A stretch of 64,000 nucleotides of DNA from NCBI GenBank assembly GCA_029287915.1, contig JARFQE010000055.1, positions 293 to 64,292 of the forward strand. Reading direction: 5' to 3'. The notes beneath the pieces were generated by a model. That model had not been told where the DNA came from. It searched no databases and saw nothing but the letters and a program-made list of their open reading frames with translations. This DNA comes from Arenicellales bacterium. GTDB taxonomy: Bacteria > Pseudomonadota > Gammaproteobacteria > BMS3Bbin11. Position 1 is the first letter of the stretch, and each line of letters begins with the position of its first letter. Below are positions 61,804 through 64,000 of this stretch, in pieces. A program made the position numbers and the translations under genes.

Positions 61804-62964
61804 GTGGAAACTCCAATTGATGAAGAACTAATAGCGCAGCTGGCTCTGAACAGGGTTTCCGGCGTTGGTTCACTCGCCTATTCAAATCTTCTCCAGTATT
61901 TTGGCACGGCGAGTGACGTTTTCTGTGCCAACCGCCAACAATTATTACGTGTTCCCGATATTACCCAGGATGTAGTAGAACACCTTGTAAAAGGGATTGA
62001 TGCGACGAATGTCGAGCAGGATATTCTGTGGCTGAAAGAAGACCCGGGACACCGGGCCATAAGTCTTTCTCAGGCAGACTATCCTGCCCTGCTGGCTCAG
62101 ATTCACCGTCCACCTCCTGTATTATTTCTGAAAGGTAATGCATCACTATTAAATACAGTGCAGCTATCTATTGTAGGCAGTCGCAATCCTACTCCAGGTG
62201 GAATAGAAAATGCCCGGGCATTTGCACGTAATCTGGCGACAACAGGCTTGACGATTACTTCAGGTCTGGCTACAGGCATCGATGGTGCAGCACATCAGGG
62301 AGCGCTGGATGCAAAAGCCAGTGCCAATGGTATGATTCAAAAAGGCAGAACAATCGCCGTTGCGGCTACAGGTTTGGACAGGATATATCCTTCACGCCAC
62401 AGAGATCTAGCATATGATATCGCTGATAAGGGCTTGCTGGTATCGGAGTTTCCTGTGGGAATGGGGCCACTAAGAGAAAACTTCCCACGCAGAAATAGAC
62501 TGATAAGTGGCTTGTCTGTGGGAACATTAGTTATTGAGGCAGCGGTCAAAAGTGGTTCTTTAATTACTGCCCGGTTTGCTATGGAGCAAGGACGAGAAGT
62601 ATTTGCTATACCAGGCTCGATTCACTCTCCTCAGTCAAGGGGTTGTCACTGGTTGATCAGGCAAGGAGCTAAACTGGTCGAGACTGCTGAAGATATCGCA
62701 GAAGAAATACTGCCGATACTGCCAACATTTCAGGGCGGTAGCGAGAACCTGCAGCAGATTGAAGCAGCTTCCGACCTGTCAATGGCTGAACAGACTTTGC
62801 TGGATGCAATTGGGTTCGAGCCAGTGAACCTGGATACCCTAATATCCCGTACAGGTAAAATGATTGATGAGCTCTCAGTTACTCTCAGCCAGCTTGAATT
62901 ACAGGGATTGATCGACACCCTGCCTGGTGGCATGTACAACCGGAGTGTGAAAAGCCATAGATAG
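61804..62964 (+). CDS. dprA: DNA-processing protein DprA
   Basis: IVGSR, SGLATGIDGAAH, FPRRNRLISGLS, SGSLITA, GREVFAIPGSI; C-terminal winged helix. Confidence 0.96.
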   Translation: METPIDEELIAQLALNRVSGVGSLAYSNLLQYFGTASDVFCANRQQLLRVPDITQDVVEHLVKGIDATNVEQDILWLKEDPGHRAISLSQADYPALLAQIHRPPPVLFLKGNASLLNTVQLSIVGSRNPTPGGIENARAFARNLATTGLTITSGLATGIDGAAHQGALDAKASANGMIQKGRTIAVAATGLDRIYPSRHRDLAYDIADKGLLVSEFPVGMGPLRENFPRRNRLISGLSVGTLVIEAAVKSGSLITARFAMEQGREVFAIPGSIHSPQSRGCHWLIRQGAKLVETAEDIAEEILPILPTFQGGSENLQQIEAASDLSMAEQTLLDAIGFEPVNLDTLISRTGKMIDELSVTLSQLELQGLIDTLPGGMYNRSVKSHR

Positions 62965-63137
62965 CCATTACCTGAATGTCTATTGTTCTGCTATAATATT
63001 AACCAGTCGAAGGTTTTGTTTTGATAGACAGATGCTATTTACAAGTGTTGCTATAGTTGCATCTATTTGAACATACCGCCGACACGACAGGCATACAGCC
63101 TGGACGTAATCCTTTTTTACAGGGATCTGACGCTGCC

Positions 63138-63629
63138 ATGAAAGACAATATGCTCGATGTGTTGATGTACATATTCGAAAATTTCATTGATGATGACCAA
63201 AATAAGAGCAGTGAACCAGATGTTGTAGCGTTAACAAACGAACTGGGTCATGCAGGTTTCAGGCAGGGAGAGATAACAAAAGCGTTTGAATGGCTGGAAG
63301 ATCTGTCTGTTTTATGTGAAGAGGATGATTATCCTAATTCAATAAACAACGTTGCATCTGGTACTAGAATTTTTTCTGATCACGAAAAACAGAAGATATC
63401 CATATCCGCCATCGGTTTTCTTACTCGACTTGAATTTTATAACATTATCACACCTTCAGTTCGTGAAGTGATACTTGATCGTGCCATGGCGCTGGAGTCA
63501 GAAATTATTGATATGGATCAAATGAAATGGGTTGCCATGATGGTCCTCTACAATCAACCGGGACGAGAGACAAATTATCTCTGGCTCGAAAATCTCCTGT
63601 TTGACCTTGAGCAAGATGTGCTGCATTGA
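63138..63629 (+). CDS. smg: Smg / DUF494 family protein
   Basis: MKDNMLDVLMYIFEN, AGF...EI.KAF.WL, KWV.MMVL.NQPG; follows dprA. Confidence 0.9.
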   Translation: MKDNMLDVLMYIFENFIDDDQNKSSEPDVVALTNELGHAGFRQGEITKAFEWLEDLSVLCEEDDYPNSINNVASGTRIFSDHEKQKISISAIGFLTRLEFYNIITPSVREVILDRAMALESEIIDMDQMKWVAMMVLYNQPGRETNYLWLENLLFDLEQDVLH

Positions 63630-63867
63630 TCACATTATTGCTGCTTTTCCACTGTATTTTTCATAGATAATTTGGCTACCATGCCTGTCGCCACACTGAT
63701 GGCGTTTGTTTTCTTCTGTAGAAATTGGCAGAATCGCCGCTTGCTGTAATCTGTGCAGGCTGAATTTATTGCTCTAGAAGCAAGCTCTGATGCCTGTACT
63801 GTTCGAATTCATGTTTGACGTTTTCGTCGAAGTGAAATTCACCATCTAGTTCGGAATGTAATCATCT

Positions 63868-64000
63868 GTGAGCGAAAATATTGTCATTGTTGAGTCACCG
63901 GCGAAGGCCAAAACCATCGAGAAGTTTCTTGGTGATAAATTTATGGTGCTTTCAAGTTACGGGCATATCCGTGATTTACCCAGAAAAAATGCTATCGATA
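63868..64000 (+). CDS. topA: DNA topoisomerase I, N-terminal part (runs off right edge)
   Basis: GTG start; translates to [22 protein letters not shown]...[10 protein letters not shown] (Toprim motifs); dprA-smg-topA synteny. Confidence 0.93.
   Translation, partial: MSENIVIVESPAKAKTIEKFLGDKFMVLSSYGHIRDLPRKNAID

Noticed and set aside
50625-64000. trkH to topA block as a novel system
   Set aside because: Widely conserved proteobacterial housekeeping gene order; nothing anomalous seen.

Overview
A gene-dense 64 kb chromosomal window, most likely from a sulfur-oxidising gammaproteobacterium. This is inferred from an SgpA-like sulfur globule protein, a SoxH-like protein, and the gene orders rpe-gph-trpEGDC and def/fmt-rsmB-DUF4390-ntrYX-trkAH. 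From left to right it holds: a cusCBA copper/silver efflux operon; an AI-2E transporter; a decayed amrS radical-SAM fragment divergent from an intact MEMO-AMMECR1 (amrB-amrA) fusion; two Crp/Fnr regulators; DUF2892; copZ-copA plus an unannotated 26-aa membrane peptide; djlA, nadA and gltA; a TetR-MMPL-LolA-like-outer membrane protein operon; the sulfur globule protein; a tandem pair of DUF697-type GTPases; the trp operon with a Trp-rich leader peptide; uup and rubredoxin; a Xanthomonas-type rpfG-rpfC/rpfF DSF quorum-sensing core; hemH; and the conserved trkH to def / lysM-dprA-smg-topA housekeeping block. I found no rRNA, tRNA, CRISPR array, transposase or prophage. All product calls come from recognising protein motifs and gene context by eye; no database searches were run.
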